This document shows, piece after piece, positions 38,740 through 49,275 of a stretch of 64,000 nt of DNA (within the stretch, counting starts at the first letter, position 1; every line of letters begins with the position of its first letter). The notes under the pieces are model-generated. The model did no database searches and was not told where the DNA came from. It saw only the letters and a program-made list of their open reading frames with translations. Made by a program: the position numbers and the translations under genes. The stretch is from Candidatus Cloacimonadota bacterium (lineage in GTDB: Bacteria; Cloacimonadota; Cloacimonadia; G963667145), in the NCBI GenBank assembly GCA_963676615.1, contig OY781092.1, positions 1,312,001 to 1,376,000 on the forward strand, in the 5' to 3' direction.

Positions 38740-39469
38740 AATAAAGCAAATCACAGAAAATCAGTTAGTTAAACAAAAATCAGCGCGCGCAAATATCACA
38801 GAAATTTTCAGGCAAAACCGCTATAACTTTATCGCCGAAATCAAAAAAGCCAGTCCTTCAAGGGGCGAAATCGCGCCAAACGCCGACATCGCAAAAATCG
38901 CCAAAGATTACGCAACTCACGGAGCTACCGCCATTTCCGTGTTAACCGAGCCGCAATTTTTCAAAGGCGACATCGACTATCTGCGGCAAATTCGGCAAAT
39001 ATCGCCAAACGCAATTTTGCTGCGCAAAGATTTCATCATCGACGCCTATCAAATTTACGAGGCAAAATTGGCGGGCGCAGAAATGATCCTGCTCATTCTC
39101 GCCCTCACTGGCGCAGAAAAAACCGCACAACTCATTCAAATTGCGAAAGATATCGGATTGGAGGTTTTGCTCGAAGTCCACACCGAGCAGGAGATGAAGA
39201 CCGCTTTGACTATGCGTGCCAATTTCGTCGGCGTAAACAATCGCAACTTGAAGACCCTGCAAGTCTCGCTGGATGTCGCCCGCTCGCTGTCCAAATATAT
39301 CTGCAAGGGCAAAATCTTCGTCTGCGAAAGCGGGCTGCAATCCGCACAAGAAATTCAGGAGATGGCAAATCTCGGCTACAGCGGATTTTTGATTGGCTCG
39401 CACCTGATGCAAGCCGATTCTCCTGGCGAAGAACTGAAAAAACTAATAAAAGAAGTGCAAAATGACTAA
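38726..39469 (+). CDS. trpC: Indole-3-glycerol phosphate synthase
   Basis: IAEIKKASPSRG, ISVLTE, LRKDFII, GVNNRNL, ESG. Confidence 0.96.
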   Translation: MFLDKIKQITENQLVKQKSARANITEIFRQNRYNFIAEIKKASPSRGEIAPNADIAKIAKDYATHGATAISVLTEPQFFKGDIDYLRQIRQISPNAILLRKDFIIDAYQIYEAKLAGAEMILLILALTGAEKTAQLIQIAKDIGLEVLLEVHTEQEMKTALTMRANFVGVNNRNLKTLQVSLDVARSLSKYICKGKIFVCESGLQSAQEIQEMANLGYSGFLIGSHLMQADSPGEELKKLIKEVQND

Positions 39470-40067
39470 GACCAAAATCTGCGGAATCACCAATTTTGTC
39501 GACGGTTCGCTGGCAGCGCAGCTGGGCGCATGGGCTATCGGCTTCGTTTTCTATCCAAACAGCCCTCGCTATATTTTGCCAGAAAATGCAGCGCAAATCA
39601 CGCGGCAACTAGCGAATTATCCCGTCAAAACCATCGGCGTTTTTGTTAACGAAACTCCCGAGCGCATCAACTCGATCGCCGCAAAAGTGCGCCTCGATTA
39701 TGTGCAACTGCACGGCACAGAGCCCGAAATCGCTTGCCGAAAAATCGAGCGCCCTTACATCAAAAATATTCGCTCCATCGAGGAATTAGCCGACTATTCT
39801 GGCGCTTTCGCTTATCTAATCGACGCCCACGACACCGAAAATTGGGGTGGCACAGGCAAATTAGCCGACTGGCAGCTCGCCAAGCAAATCAAATCCCAAA
39901 GCAAGCCGCTTATGCTCTCTGGCGGATTATCTACAGAAAATATCGCCGTCGCAATCGACCAGATACGCCCAGATTTTTTGGACATATCCAGCAGCATCGA
40001 GACAAAACCAGGCGAAAAAAATCACCACCTAATGCGACAACTTTTTGCCAAATTAAAAGAAAAATAA
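39462..40067 (+). CDS. trpF: Phosphoribosylanthranilate isomerase
   Basis: KICGIT, SPRYI, VQLHG, GGTG, LSGGL. Confidence 0.95.
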   Translation: MTKTKICGITNFVDGSLAAQLGAWAIGFVFYPNSPRYILPENAAQITRQLANYPVKTIGVFVNETPERINSIAAKVRLDYVQLHGTEPEIACRKIERPYIKNIRSIEELADYSGAFAYLIDAHDTENWGGTGKLADWQLAKQIKSQSKPLMLSGGLSTENIAVAIDQIRPDFLDISSSIETKPGEKNHHLMRQLFAKLKEK

Positions 40068-40077
40068 GGAGACTCTA

Positions 40078-41274
40078 GTGAACCAGAAATATCCCGACCA
40101 CAAAGGCTATTACGAAGAGTTCGGAGGCAAATTTATCCCCGAAACTTTGATGCCCGCAATAGAAAAACTGGAAATCGAATGGAACAAGGCGAAAAATTCC
40201 CAAACTTTTTGGGACGAAATCCAGCGCTATCACCGATTTTACACAGGTCGCCCATCGCCGCTATACTACGCGCAAAGGCTCACCAAATTTTTGGGCGGAG
40301 CGAAAATCTACCTCAAACGAGAAGACCTCAACCACACCGGCGCGCACAAAATCAACCACTGCATCGGGCAGATAATGCTGGCAAAAAAAATGGGCAAAAC
40401 TCGCATTGTGGCAGAGACTGGCGCAGGGCAACACGGCGTGGCTACAGCCACCGCAGCCGCTCTTTTCGGAATGAAATGCGTGGTCTATCAAGGAGCCGTG
40501 GACATCCAGAGGCAAAAGCCAAATCTTTTTCGGATGAAACTGCTCGGCGCCGAAGTCAAGCCCGTGCAAGACGGCTCCAGAACGCTCAAAGACGCCGTCA
40601 CAGCCGCAATGCAAGACTGGGTAGCCAACGCAGAAGACACCTACTATCTGCTCGGCTCGGTGATGGGACCACACCCTTATCCAGAAATGATACGCACTTT
40701 CCAGTCGGTCGTCGGGCGAGAAATCGAAGCTCAAATAATGCAGCTCGAAGGCAAACTCCCCGACAGCATCGTCGCTTGTGTCGGCGGCGGCTCCAACGCA
40801 ATCGGAGCTTTCTATCCTTTTCTTGCGCAAAAAAGCGTGCAACTAATCGGCGTTGAGGCAGCTGGCAAAGGCCTCGAAACAGGCAAACACGCAGCCACCA
40901 TCGCCAAAGGCAAAAAAGGCGTCTTCCACGGAATGCTCTCCTACTTTTTGCAAGACGACAACGGGCAAATCGTCGAGCCGCACTCGATTTCTGCTGGGCT
41001 AGACTATCCCGGCATCGGTCCCGAACACGCAATGCTCCATCAGACAAAAAGAGCCGCCTATCACAGCGTCACCGACGCCGAAGCTCTGCAAGCGTTCGAC
41101 CTGCTCTGCAAATTAGAGGGCATAATACCTGCCCTAGAATCTTCGAACGCAGTGGCTTACGCAATCAAAGCCGCTCCAAAATTAGACAAAAACCACATTA
41201 TGATCATCAACCTTTCTGGAAGAGGCGACAAAGACCTTTTCACAGTTGCCCAAAAAATGGGGGAAAATTTATGA
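40078..41274 (+). CDS. trpB: Tryptophan synthase beta chain
   Basis: [49 protein letters not shown]. Confidence 0.98.
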   Translation: MNQKYPDHKGYYEEFGGKFIPETLMPAIEKLEIEWNKAKNSQTFWDEIQRYHRFYTGRPSPLYYAQRLTKFLGGAKIYLKREDLNHTGAHKINHCIGQIMLAKKMGKTRIVAETGAGQHGVATATAAALFGMKCVVYQGAVDIQRQKPNLFRMKLLGAEVKPVQDGSRTLKDAVTAAMQDWVANAEDTYYLLGSVMGPHPYPEMIRTFQSVVGREIEAQIMQLEGKLPDSIVACVGGGSNAIGAFYPFLAQKSVQLIGVEAAGKGLETGKHAATIAKGKKGVFHGMLSYFLQDDNGQIVEPHSISAGLDYPGIGPEHAMLHQTKRAAYHSVTDAEALQAFDLLCKLEGIIPALESSNAVAYAIKAAPKLDKNHIMIINLSGRGDKDLFTVAQKMGENL

Positions 41275-42074
41275 ACCGCATAACGCAAACCTTTGCCAGA
41301 CTTGCCCAAAGCGGCAAAAAAGCTTTCAGCCCTTTTCTGATGTCTGGCTATCCCGACAAAAAAACTTTCGAAGATTTGCTAAAAATCTGCTCCGAAACAG
41401 GCGTCGATTTTATCGAAGTAGGAATGCCGTTTTCCGACCCATCGGCAGACGGCGCCATCATCAAAAAAGCTGGCGAGCTGGCTCTGCAACAAGGCGCCAG
41501 CATACAATCGACTCTCGACTCCATCAAAAAATTCCGCGAATACGACAATCACACCCCCATAATCTGGATGGGCTACTTCAACGCAATTTACACTTTCGGC
41601 ACAGAAGCCTTCGCCCAGCAAATCGCCGCAGCTGGAATCGACGGACTGCTGGTCGTGGATTTGCCAATCGAAGAAAGCTGGCGAATTTCGCACCTAAAAG
41701 CGAAAAACATTGCCCCCATACGACTCGTCACTCCGCTCACGACAGCAGACAGGGCGCAAAAAATCGTCGACTCCGCCGCTGGATTCCTCTACTTCGTATC
41801 CATCGCAGGCATCACAGGCACCAAAGAGGCAGAAAGCGCAAAAATAGAATCGCTCGTCGGCAACATCAAAAAGCAAACCGATTTGCCCGTCGTGGTCGGA
41901 TTTGGAATAAAAACCCCGCAAAAAGCGAAGCAAATCCAGAAATTTGCAGACGGCGCAATAGTCGGCTCCGCCCTCGTGCAAGAAATCGACAAACATTTGG
42001 ACGAAGACAAAAAAGTCAAAAATCGCGCCTCATTCTTGAAAAACATCAAAAAACACCTGCAAAGCTACCTCTAG
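41271..42074 (+). CDS. trpA: Tryptophan synthase alpha chain
   Basis: [34 protein letters not shown]. Confidence 0.96.
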   Translation: MNRITQTFARLAQSGKKAFSPFLMSGYPDKKTFEDLLKICSETGVDFIEVGMPFSDPSADGAIIKKAGELALQQGASIQSTLDSIKKFREYDNHTPIIWMGYFNAIYTFGTEAFAQQIAAAGIDGLLVVDLPIEESWRISHLKAKNIAPIRLVTPLTTADRAQKIVDSAAGFLYFVSIAGITGTKEAESAKIESLVGNIKKQTDLPVVVGFGIKTPQKAKQIQKFADGAIVGSALVQEIDKHLDEDKKVKNRASFLKNIKKHLQSYL

Positions 42075-42256
42075 CCCACAAAAAACGCAAAGTCAGCTTG
42101 ACATCTTTTTGGGGCTCTCTAAAAAGGCATTTTTGATTTAAAAACTCGTTCACGATCTTGCATTTTCAAAAATTTTTGCGACATTTGCAACAGCTAACAT
42201 TTTGCCTGCGTGCAAGTTAGCGCAACCAAAAATTCAAATCCAAAAGGAGAAAATAG

Positions 42257-43516
42257 ATGAGTAAAATAGTAAAAAACTCGAGAAACACAGAAAACGCTCC
42301 GCAGTGCCCATTTAGCACGCAAACGGTAGCTTTTTCGCACTACAACAACATTTCGGCACAATTGCCAATCGATGCCAAAAGCGGCAAAGTCGTCGCTGGC
42401 GGCGTAAAAGAGCAAGCCGCTCAATGCCTTGCCAACATTCAAACAATCGTGAAAAGCGTCGGACACATAATGTCGGATGTCGTGCGCATCAATATTTACC
42501 TGAAAAAAATCACCGATTTGGACGCCGTCAACGAAGTTTACGCAAGCTTCTTCAGCGGATATTTGCCAACCAGAACGGCGCTCGCCGTAAACGACCTGGC
42601 AGCTGGCGCTCTTGTGATGATGGACGCGGTCATCTCCAACGGAGAAGGCACAACGCCGCAAGACCCATGCGATTTGGTCAAACTCGTGCGCAACACACAC
42701 GACGCACCCATCAGCGCAGTCTCCACGCAAACCGTCGCTTTCTCGCACTACAATCACATCTCGGCGCAATTGCCAATCGACGCCAAATCTGGTAAAATCG
42801 TCGGCGAAACCGCCAAAGAGCAAACCGCACAATGCCTGGCAAACATCAAAGCGATAATGGAAGCTATCGACGCTCCGTTCGACGACATCGTCAAAATCAA
42901 TATCCAATTGCGAAACCTCGAAGACATTCACGCAGTTGACGAAGCCTACAAAACCTTCTTCCCAGACTCTGCTATCGCCAGAGCCGTCGGATATTTCCCA
43001 GCTCGCTCAGTCGTGGCTGCCAGCGGTTTGCCGATGGACGCCCTTGTGCAAATCGACGCAACCCTCTCACACGGCGACGGAACTCCGCCACAAGCGGTCG
43101 AAGATCGGCACAACATCGTCATCCGAGCCAAAAACACCAGCGACGCTCCATTTTCACCGGTCTCCACACAAACAGCGGCGTTCTCGCACTACAACAACAT
43201 CTCCGGGCAATTGCCACTCGACGCCAAAACTGGCAAAGTGGTCTCTGGCGGCGCCAAAGAGCAAGCCGAGCAATGCCTAAAAAACATCAAAGCAATCGTT
43301 GAAAGCGTCGGTCACTGTATGGACGATGCAGTCAAAATCAACATCCAGCTCAAAAACCTCGCCGACCTCGACGCAGTAAACGAAGTTTACAAAACATTCT
43401 TCAGCGGCGAGCTGCCAGCCAGAACGGTTTTGGGCGTTAGCGACATACCGCTTGGCGCGCTTGTGCAAATCGACGCCATCATCTCCAACGCCGAAGGGAC
43501 TTTGCCACCAGCATAA
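42257..43516 (+). CDS. RidA/YjgF family protein with three tandem domains
   Basis: Three repeats of STQT.AFSHYN.IS.QLP.D..GK...KEQ..QCL.NI...P.R.; DNA-level repeats near 42316, 42725 and 43166. Confidence 0.9.
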   Translation: MSKIVKNSRNTENAPQCPFSTQTVAFSHYNNISAQLPIDAKSGKVVAGGVKEQAAQCLANIQTIVKSVGHIMSDVVRINIYLKKITDLDAVNEVYASFFSGYLPTRTALAVNDLAAGALVMMDAVISNGEGTTPQDPCDLVKLVRNTHDAPISAVSTQTVAFSHYNHISAQLPIDAKSGKIVGETAKEQTAQCLANIKAIMEAIDAPFDDIVKINIQLRNLEDIHAVDEAYKTFFPDSAIARAVGYFPARSVVAASGLPMDALVQIDATLSHGDGTPPQAVEDRHNIVIRAKNTSDAPFSPVSTQTAAFSHYNNISGQLPLDAKTGKVVSGGAKEQAEQCLKNIKAIVESVGHCMDDAVKINIQLKNLADLDAVNEVYKTFFSGELPARTVLGVSDIPLGALVQIDAIISNAEGTLPPA

Positions 43517-43535
43517 TCACAAAAAAACAAAACAC

Positions 43536-43569
43536 AAAAGAGGCAGAAAAATTTTCTGTCTCTTTTTTT
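43536..43569 (+). terminator. Probable intrinsic terminator after the triple-RidA gene
   Basis: aaaagaggcagaaaa-a-ttttctgtctctttt followed by a T-run. Confidence 0.65.
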
Positions 43570-43661
43570 CGTCCAAACCTCACCTGCCGGACTTCGCCCA
43601 AAAATTCTTGACACTATCGCACTTCCTCACGAATCTAGCTGAAAAAAAATAGGATTGAAAA

Positions 43662-44423
43662 ATGAAAAAGAAAATTATCGCAGGCAACTGGAAAATGAAC
43701 AAAGATTTTTTCGCCGCCAGAGATTTTTTTAACCAAATAAACGAAAAAATAGCTCAAAAATCGCTGACCAAATCGACCTGCATTTTGTGTGTGCCCACGC
43801 CATACCTTTTGCGAGCCAGCAAATCCAGAATCAAGCCCGACTTGCTCTTTGGCGCACAAGATGTCTCCGCCCACACACAAGGCGCTTTCACAGGAGAAAT
43901 CGCCGCCGATATGCTCGCCTCGTGCGAAGTCGATTGCTGCATCGTCGGACATTCCGAACGGCGCAAATATCACAACGAGAGCAACCAAATTTTGAACGAG
44001 AAACTATTCCGACTGCAAGAAAACAACATCACGCCAATCTATTGCATTGGCGAGAGTCTGCAGGAGCGCGAAAATGGCGACACCCAAAAAGTTTTGCAAA
44101 CTCAGCTAGAAGAAGGACTTCGCGGAATCGACCTCGCCAAAGAGTTCATCATCGCCTACGAGCCAATCTGGGCTATCGGCACAGGCAAAGCCGCCACAGC
44201 CGAGACTGCACAAGAGGCGCACGGCTTCATCCGACAATGGCTAAGCCAAAAATATTCGCCCACTATCGCCGCAAAAACGCCGCTGCTCTATGGCGGCAGC
44301 ATGAAACCAGCCAACATCAAAGAGCTAATCTGCCAAAAAGACATCGACGGCGGACTCATCGGCGGCGCAGCTCTGGAGCTCGACAGCTATTGGGAAATGG
44401 TCAAAATCGCCGAGGAATTATAA
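43662..44423 (+). CDS. tpiA: Triosephosphate isomerase
   Basis: AGNWKMN, GHSERR, AYEPIWAIGTG, YGGS, GGLIGGA. Confidence 0.98.
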   Translation: MKKKIIAGNWKMNKDFFAARDFFNQINEKIAQKSLTKSTCILCVPTPYLLRASKSRIKPDLLFGAQDVSAHTQGAFTGEIAADMLASCEVDCCIVGHSERRKYHNESNQILNEKLFRLQENNITPIYCIGESLQERENGDTQKVLQTQLEEGLRGIDLAKEFIIAYEPIWAIGTGKAATAETAQEAHGFIRQWLSQKYSPTIAAKTPLLYGGSMKPANIKELICQKDIDGGLIGGAALELDSYWEMVKIAEEL

Positions 44424-44427
44424 AAAA

Positions 44428-45690
44428 ATGTTAGATTTAAAATTTGTTTGCGAGCATCAAGAAGAGGTCAGAGCCAACCTCAAGGCGAAAAAAGTCAGCC
44501 TCGATTTGGACAAAATTCTCCAGCTGGAGGAGCGTCGCAAAAAGGCGCTCTTCGCCTTTGAGACCAAAAAAGCACAGCAAAATAAAGCCTCCAAACTAAT
44601 CGGACAATACAAAAAAGAGGGCAAGCCGACCGACGAAATTTTTGCGCAAGTCAAGCAACTTTCGGAAGAGTTAAAGCAAGAAAGCAGCCAAATCAGCGAA
44701 ATCCAAAACGAGCTAAACGCACTGGCGCTGCGGCTGCCGAATATGCTGGACGCCGATGTGCCGCTGGGAAACAGCGATAGCGACAACCGCTTTCTCAAAG
44801 AGTGGGGCAAAAAAAAGGAGTTCGCTTTTGAGCCGCAAGATCACCTGCAACTCGCCAAAATCAACAACCTGCTCGATTTCGACAAAGCCGCCAAACTCAG
44901 CGGAAGCGGATTTGCTCTGCACACAGGTTTGGGCGCAAAAATCGAGCGAGGCTTAATCAACTTTATGCTCGATTTTCACTCGGCAAAACACGGCTATACC
45001 GAGCTGAATGTGCCATTTTTGGCGAACAGCAAAACGATGACTGGCACAGGGCAACTGCCGAAAATGCAAGACGATATGTACAAAATCGAGGGCGAAGATT
45101 TATACCTTATTCCCACGGCGGAAGTGCCGATAACCAACTACTTTGCGCAAACTGCCACCTCCTACAAAAATCTGCCCCAAAAATTTATGGCGTATTCCGC
45201 CTGCTTCCGCAAAGAGGCTGGCTCCTATGGCAAAGAGACCAAAGGGCTGCAACGACTGCACCAATTCAACAAAGTCGAGCTGGTGCAAATCGTCAAACCC
45301 AGCCAATCTCCGCTGGCTCTGGAAGAGATCTTGCGTGACGCTTGCCAAATCCTAGAAGCCCTAAACCTGCACTACCGCGTCATCACGCTCTGCAGCGGCG
45401 ACACCAGTTTCGCATCTGCCAAAACCTACGACATCGAAGTCTGGTCGCCAGGACAGCAAAAATATCTGGAAGTCTCCTCTGTGAGCAACTTCCGCGACTT
45501 TCAGGCGCGCAGAGCTGGCATCAAATACAAAGACGAAAACGGCAAATCGAACTTCGCGCACACCCTCAACGGCTCTGGCGTAGCGTTGCCGAGACTATTC
45601 ATCGCCCTGATCGAAACATACCAAAACGAAGACGGAACAATCAATTTTCCCAACATCATAAAACCTTACCTAAACGGAGGAATCCAATGA
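44428..45690 (+). CDS. serS: Serine--tRNA ligase
   Basis: MLD N-terminal coiled coil, LIPTAEVP, CFRKEAGS, RLHQF.KVE, HTLNGSG. Confidence 0.97.
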   Translation: MLDLKFVCEHQEEVRANLKAKKVSLDLDKILQLEERRKKALFAFETKKAQQNKASKLIGQYKKEGKPTDEIFAQVKQLSEELKQESSQISEIQNELNALALRLPNMLDADVPLGNSDSDNRFLKEWGKKKEFAFEPQDHLQLAKINNLLDFDKAAKLSGSGFALHTGLGAKIERGLINFMLDFHSAKHGYTELNVPFLANSKTMTGTGQLPKMQDDMYKIEGEDLYLIPTAEVPITNYFAQTATSYKNLPQKFMAYSACFRKEAGSYGKETKGLQRLHQFNKVELVQIVKPSQSPLALEEILRDACQILEALNLHYRVITLCSGDTSFASAKTYDIEVWSPGQQKYLEVSSVSNFRDFQARRAGIKYKDENGKSNFAHTLNGSGVALPRLFIALIETYQNEDGTINFPNIIKPYLNGGIQ

Positions 45691-46145
45691 ACAAAAAAAT
45701 CATCATCGCAATCGCAATCGTCGTCCTGGCGCTAGCTGGCATCATCTTCTACGCCACACGACCTATACCACTTGGCAAACCTTTGCAACTCAAAGATGTC
45801 TTGGCAAAAAATGTCGCCGAGAACGGCAAAAGAGCACTCATCGACCTTAGAACCGTGGGCAATTTCGACTGGAACACACTCTACATCTTGTCGCCATATC
45901 GCAAAGAAATCAAAGGCTTGCGTGGAATGGAAAAAGTTTTTGCCGACGCCAAAATCGAGCCGAACACCTGCATTTTGCTCTTCGCAGAAGGCGATGTCGT
46001 CAACGGATTTGCGGTTGTGCCTCGCAACATCGTCGATTTTTCGCTATTATCAGAAAAATACCCCCGCGAAAAAGCAAACTTCAGGCTGCAAAAAAGACCG
46101 TTCAACGGACCTGGCAACAAACCGTGGTATAATGTCATCCTCTAG
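45687..46145 (+). CDS. Membrane-anchored hypothetical protein
   Basis: ATG 45687 after GGAGG, ATGA overlap with the serS stop; N-terminal TM helix; 'FDWNTLYILSPY' motif. Confidence 0.7.
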   Translation: MNKKIIIAIAIVVLALAGIIFYATRPIPLGKPLQLKDVLAKNVAENGKRALIDLRTVGNFDWNTLYILSPYRKEIKGLRGMEKVFADAKIEPNTCILLFAEGDVVNGFAVVPRNIVDFSLLSEKYPREKANFRLQKRPFNGPGNKPWYNVIL

Positions 46146-47093
46146 ATGCCAGACAATCCCAAAATAGTTTTTGCAGGATCACCTGCGTTTGCCCTGCCAA
46201 CTCTGCAAGCCCTTTGCAAAACGGAGTTGCGCCCTTGCCTTGTCATCACGATGCCCGACAGCAAAAAAGGTCGCGGCAAAAAACTATCGGCAACACCCGT
46301 AAAAATTTTGGCGCAAAAGCTGCAAATCCAAACTGTTTGCACCAGCGACATCAACCAGCTAATCCCCCAGCTAGAACAGCTGCAACCCGACTTGCTCATC
46401 ACCGTTGCCTACGGCGGCTACCTGCGCGGCAAAATTCGCAAACTGCCCAAATTCGGCTGTATCAACCTGCACCCCTCGCTCCTGCCAGCCTATCGTGGAG
46501 CCAATCCGATCAAATATCCGCTGCTAAACGGCGAGCAAACAACAGGTTACACCATCTTCAAAATCGTCGCCAAAATGGACGCCGGCGGCATCTACTATCA
46601 AAAAAAAATCGCTATCGACCCGCAAGAAAATTTCGCCCAGCTACACGACAAATTGGCAGAAGAAGGCGCAGCAGGAATGGTGCAAACCGTGCGAAAAATT
46701 ATCGCAGGCCAGATCAATGCCACGCAGCAAGACCACGCACAAGCCACTTACACCCAAAAAACCGAAAAAAGCGACACCTACATCAACTGGAACAACTCTG
46801 CCAAAGCGCTCCACAACTTTGTGCGAGCCTACAGCCCAAAACCTTGCGCTATCACATTTTTGGACGAAAAACCGCTAAAAATCGTCGCTTGCCAAATAAC
46901 CGAGCAAAAATCGACTTCACCCGCTGGCACTATCGCCGAAATCGCCAAAAACCAAGGCTTTTTGGTCTGCACCCAAGATTTCGACATCTTGGTCACAAAG
47001 GTGCTGCCTGCGGGCAAAAAAGAGATGGACGCCTACGCTTTTTCCCTTGGCAAAACCGACCTGCTGGCAAAAAAATTCGGCAACCCACAATGA
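46146..47093 (+). CDS. fmt: Methionyl-tRNA formyltransferase
   Basis: IVFAGSPAFA, GRGKK, VAYG, NLHPSLLP.YRGA.P, MDAG. Confidence 0.95.
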   Translation: MPDNPKIVFAGSPAFALPTLQALCKTELRPCLVITMPDSKKGRGKKLSATPVKILAQKLQIQTVCTSDINQLIPQLEQLQPDLLITVAYGGYLRGKIRKLPKFGCINLHPSLLPAYRGANPIKYPLLNGEQTTGYTIFKIVAKMDAGGIYYQKKIAIDPQENFAQLHDKLAEEGAAGMVQTVRKIIAGQINATQQDHAQATYTQKTEKSDTYINWNNSAKALHNFVRAYSPKPCAITFLDEKPLKIVACQITEQKSTSPAGTIAEIAKNQGFLVCTQDFDILVTKVLPAGKKEMDAYAFSLGKTDLLAKKFGNPQ

Positions 47094-47602
47094 ACAATTT
47101 GCTACGATTTCTGCTCAATTTCGGCTTTGCCTGCCTGCTGATTCCTGCCAAAATTTTCAGGCAAAAAACAAGCCTAAGACGCTCATACATAAAGCTTTCC
47201 AATCGTCTTACAAACTACGGCAAATTCGCACCCGAAAAAATTTTGCTCCTTTTGCCACACTGCTTTCAGGTCAGCGACTGCCCCATCAGGATTACGACAG
47301 ACATACACAACTGCAAAAGTTGCGGCAAGTGCCAAATGGGCGAGATTTTACAGTTGCAAAAAAAATACGGCATCTGCGTCTGCATCGCCACTGGCGGCTC
47401 GCTCGCACGCAAAAAAATCAAAGAGCTCAGACCAAAACTGGTGATCGCCGCCGCCTGCTATCGCGACCTTTCCGAAGGCATCCACGACATTTTTCCGATG
47501 CCCGTGTTCGGCACACTCATCTCGCGTCCCAAAGGACCTTGCCAGGACACCCAGCTGGACATCCCAGAAATTGAAAAAACGATAAAGAGATATTTAAAAT
47601 GA
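47090..47602 (+). CDS. DUF116 domain protein
   Basis: LLLPHCFQ..C, CKSCGKC, IATGGSLAR, AAAC.RDL..G, RP.GPC.DT; ATGA overlap with fmt. Confidence 0.85.
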   Translation: MNNLLRFLLNFGFACLLIPAKIFRQKTSLRRSYIKLSNRLTNYGKFAPEKILLLLPHCFQVSDCPIRITTDIHNCKSCGKCQMGEILQLQKKYGICVCIATGGSLARKKIKELRPKLVIAAACYRDLSEGIHDIFPMPVFGTLISRPKGPCQDTQLDIPEIEKTIKRYLK

Positions 47603-49275
47603 CAACAAAAAAACGCAAAATTTCCGCGCAGGAAATGGAAAAACTCTCGTCCTGCTTCACCCTTTCGGATATGGAAATCTTCATCTTCCCCGAGCTTTTC
47701 TACTCGCTGGTGCTCGCCAACATCTGCTCTCCGCTGATTTGGGAAATGCAAAGCGACCCGTGGTTTCGGGGGCTTCACACCAAAAGCGACGCCCAAAAAA
47801 TCAAGCGCATCAAGCAATTCATAATGGACCGCTTCGAATTCAACCTCGATTTGCAAACTTGGGGGCTGACCAACAAACTCACCGAAGTCAACCGCTTCAA
47901 AGAGTTCGTCGATATGGACATTCTGGCAAACTCCAACGCCCTGTTTGGCTATCACGGCGACAAATACTACTTCGACATCGACATCCGCCGCCATTTCGGA
48001 CTCGACAAATACAACGGCGACATCATCCCCTATTGGAAAACCGAGACCGTCGAGGCCATGAGCGCCTTTTGCCACAAACCAGAATACGACCAAGGAGCCG
48101 GAGAGTGCGTATCGTTCGCCTGTCTCTACGCAGCGGCGCTATTCATCATCGGCAAAATCCCCTTGGAAAAAATCTACCTAATGGCAACGCCCCTGCACTC
48201 GCAAAACTTCATCGATATAGAAGACGGCATCCTCACCAACAATCGCCGCATCATCACCAAAAATATGTGGTTCAACGGAACAGCCCTCTCCACAAAAGCG
48301 CGCAGAGCGCTAGAAAACGAGCAAATCACGATGGTCAGCCACATCAGCGGCTATGTCCACTCGACCTACGAAAAAGCGACCATCGACGCAGGCGAATTCA
48401 AAAACTTCCGCCAAAAACTCGCATCGTTCCTCTCGCACAAACCAAACGCCGTAACTTTCAGGAGTTTTCTGCGCTCCAAACCAGAACTGCAAAAACACTT
48501 CCAATTCTCGATCAAGCAAAAAGGAGCGACCTACTATCTCGGCGTCGAGACGATTTTTTCCTACGAAAACAGCTCCAAAAATAGCTTTTCCGACAGCTCC
48601 AAAAGGGCGCTTCTGCAAGAGATAGACACCGACGAATTTAGCCTCACGCCGCTGGAAGGCAGAGCCGATCTGCAAGATTTCGAAAAGCAACTCATCAGCA
48701 AAAAAAGCAAATTCTCGTGCCAAAAAGCGCTGGACATCATCGAGCAATACAACGAGTTCATCCACACTTCGCCGCGCTTTCCGTGTCAGATGAAAGATTA
48801 TCAAAATCAATCGCCGCTGCAAATCGACACCCAGATGAGTCGGCACGAAATTTTGGAATACCTGACCTTGCAAGCCGCAAAAAACAAAATCGCCCACTAC
48901 ACGCTCTACACCTATCGTCAAATGGACGCAATCGACTGGAGACCATACATTTACGCCTGTCAAACTCGCAGCCCAATCTGCCAAGAAAAATTTGCCAAAC
49001 TCTCGCCGCAAAAGCTATTTGAGGCTCTGCAAAAAATGAAAAATGCGTCTATCTACAGCGAAAATCGGCTTGCCACACCAGACGAAGCCTGCAACTTCGG
49101 CACCGCCGACGGCATCGAAAAAGCGATAATTATGGCGACCTGCTTCCCAAAAGAAGCTGGAGCTCTGCTCGTCGCTGGCGAAAAAGTGGAGATAGAGATC
49201 TCTTGCGAAAAATTTTGCTTCTCGTCCCAAAAAAGTTTGCACAAAACCATCGACTTGCAAAAAATTTCGTGCTAA
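47599..49275 (+). CDS. Hypothetical protein with a putative transglutaminase/papain-like Cys-His site
   Basis: 558 aa, ATGA overlap with DUF116. GAGECVSFA...PLHSQNF.D motif; no named family recognised. Confidence 0.6.
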   Translation: MTTKKRKISAQEMEKLSSCFTLSDMEIFIFPELFYSLVLANICSPLIWEMQSDPWFRGLHTKSDAQKIKRIKQFIMDRFEFNLDLQTWGLTNKLTEVNRFKEFVDMDILANSNALFGYHGDKYYFDIDIRRHFGLDKYNGDIIPYWKTETVEAMSAFCHKPEYDQGAGECVSFACLYAAALFIIGKIPLEKIYLMATPLHSQNFIDIEDGILTNNRRIITKNMWFNGTALSTKARRALENEQITMVSHISGYVHSTYEKATIDAGEFKNFRQKLASFLSHKPNAVTFRSFLRSKPELQKHFQFSIKQKGATYYLGVETIFSYENSSKNSFSDSSKRALLQEIDTDEFSLTPLEGRADLQDFEKQLISKKSKFSCQKALDIIEQYNEFIHTSPRFPCQMKDYQNQSPLQIDTQMSRHEILEYLTLQAAKNKIAHYTLYTYRQMDAIDWRPYIYACQTRSPICQEKFAKLSPQKLFEALQKMKNASIYSENRLATPDEACNFGTADGIEKAIIMATCFPKEAGALLVAGEKVEIEISCEKFCFSSQKSLHKTIDLQKISC

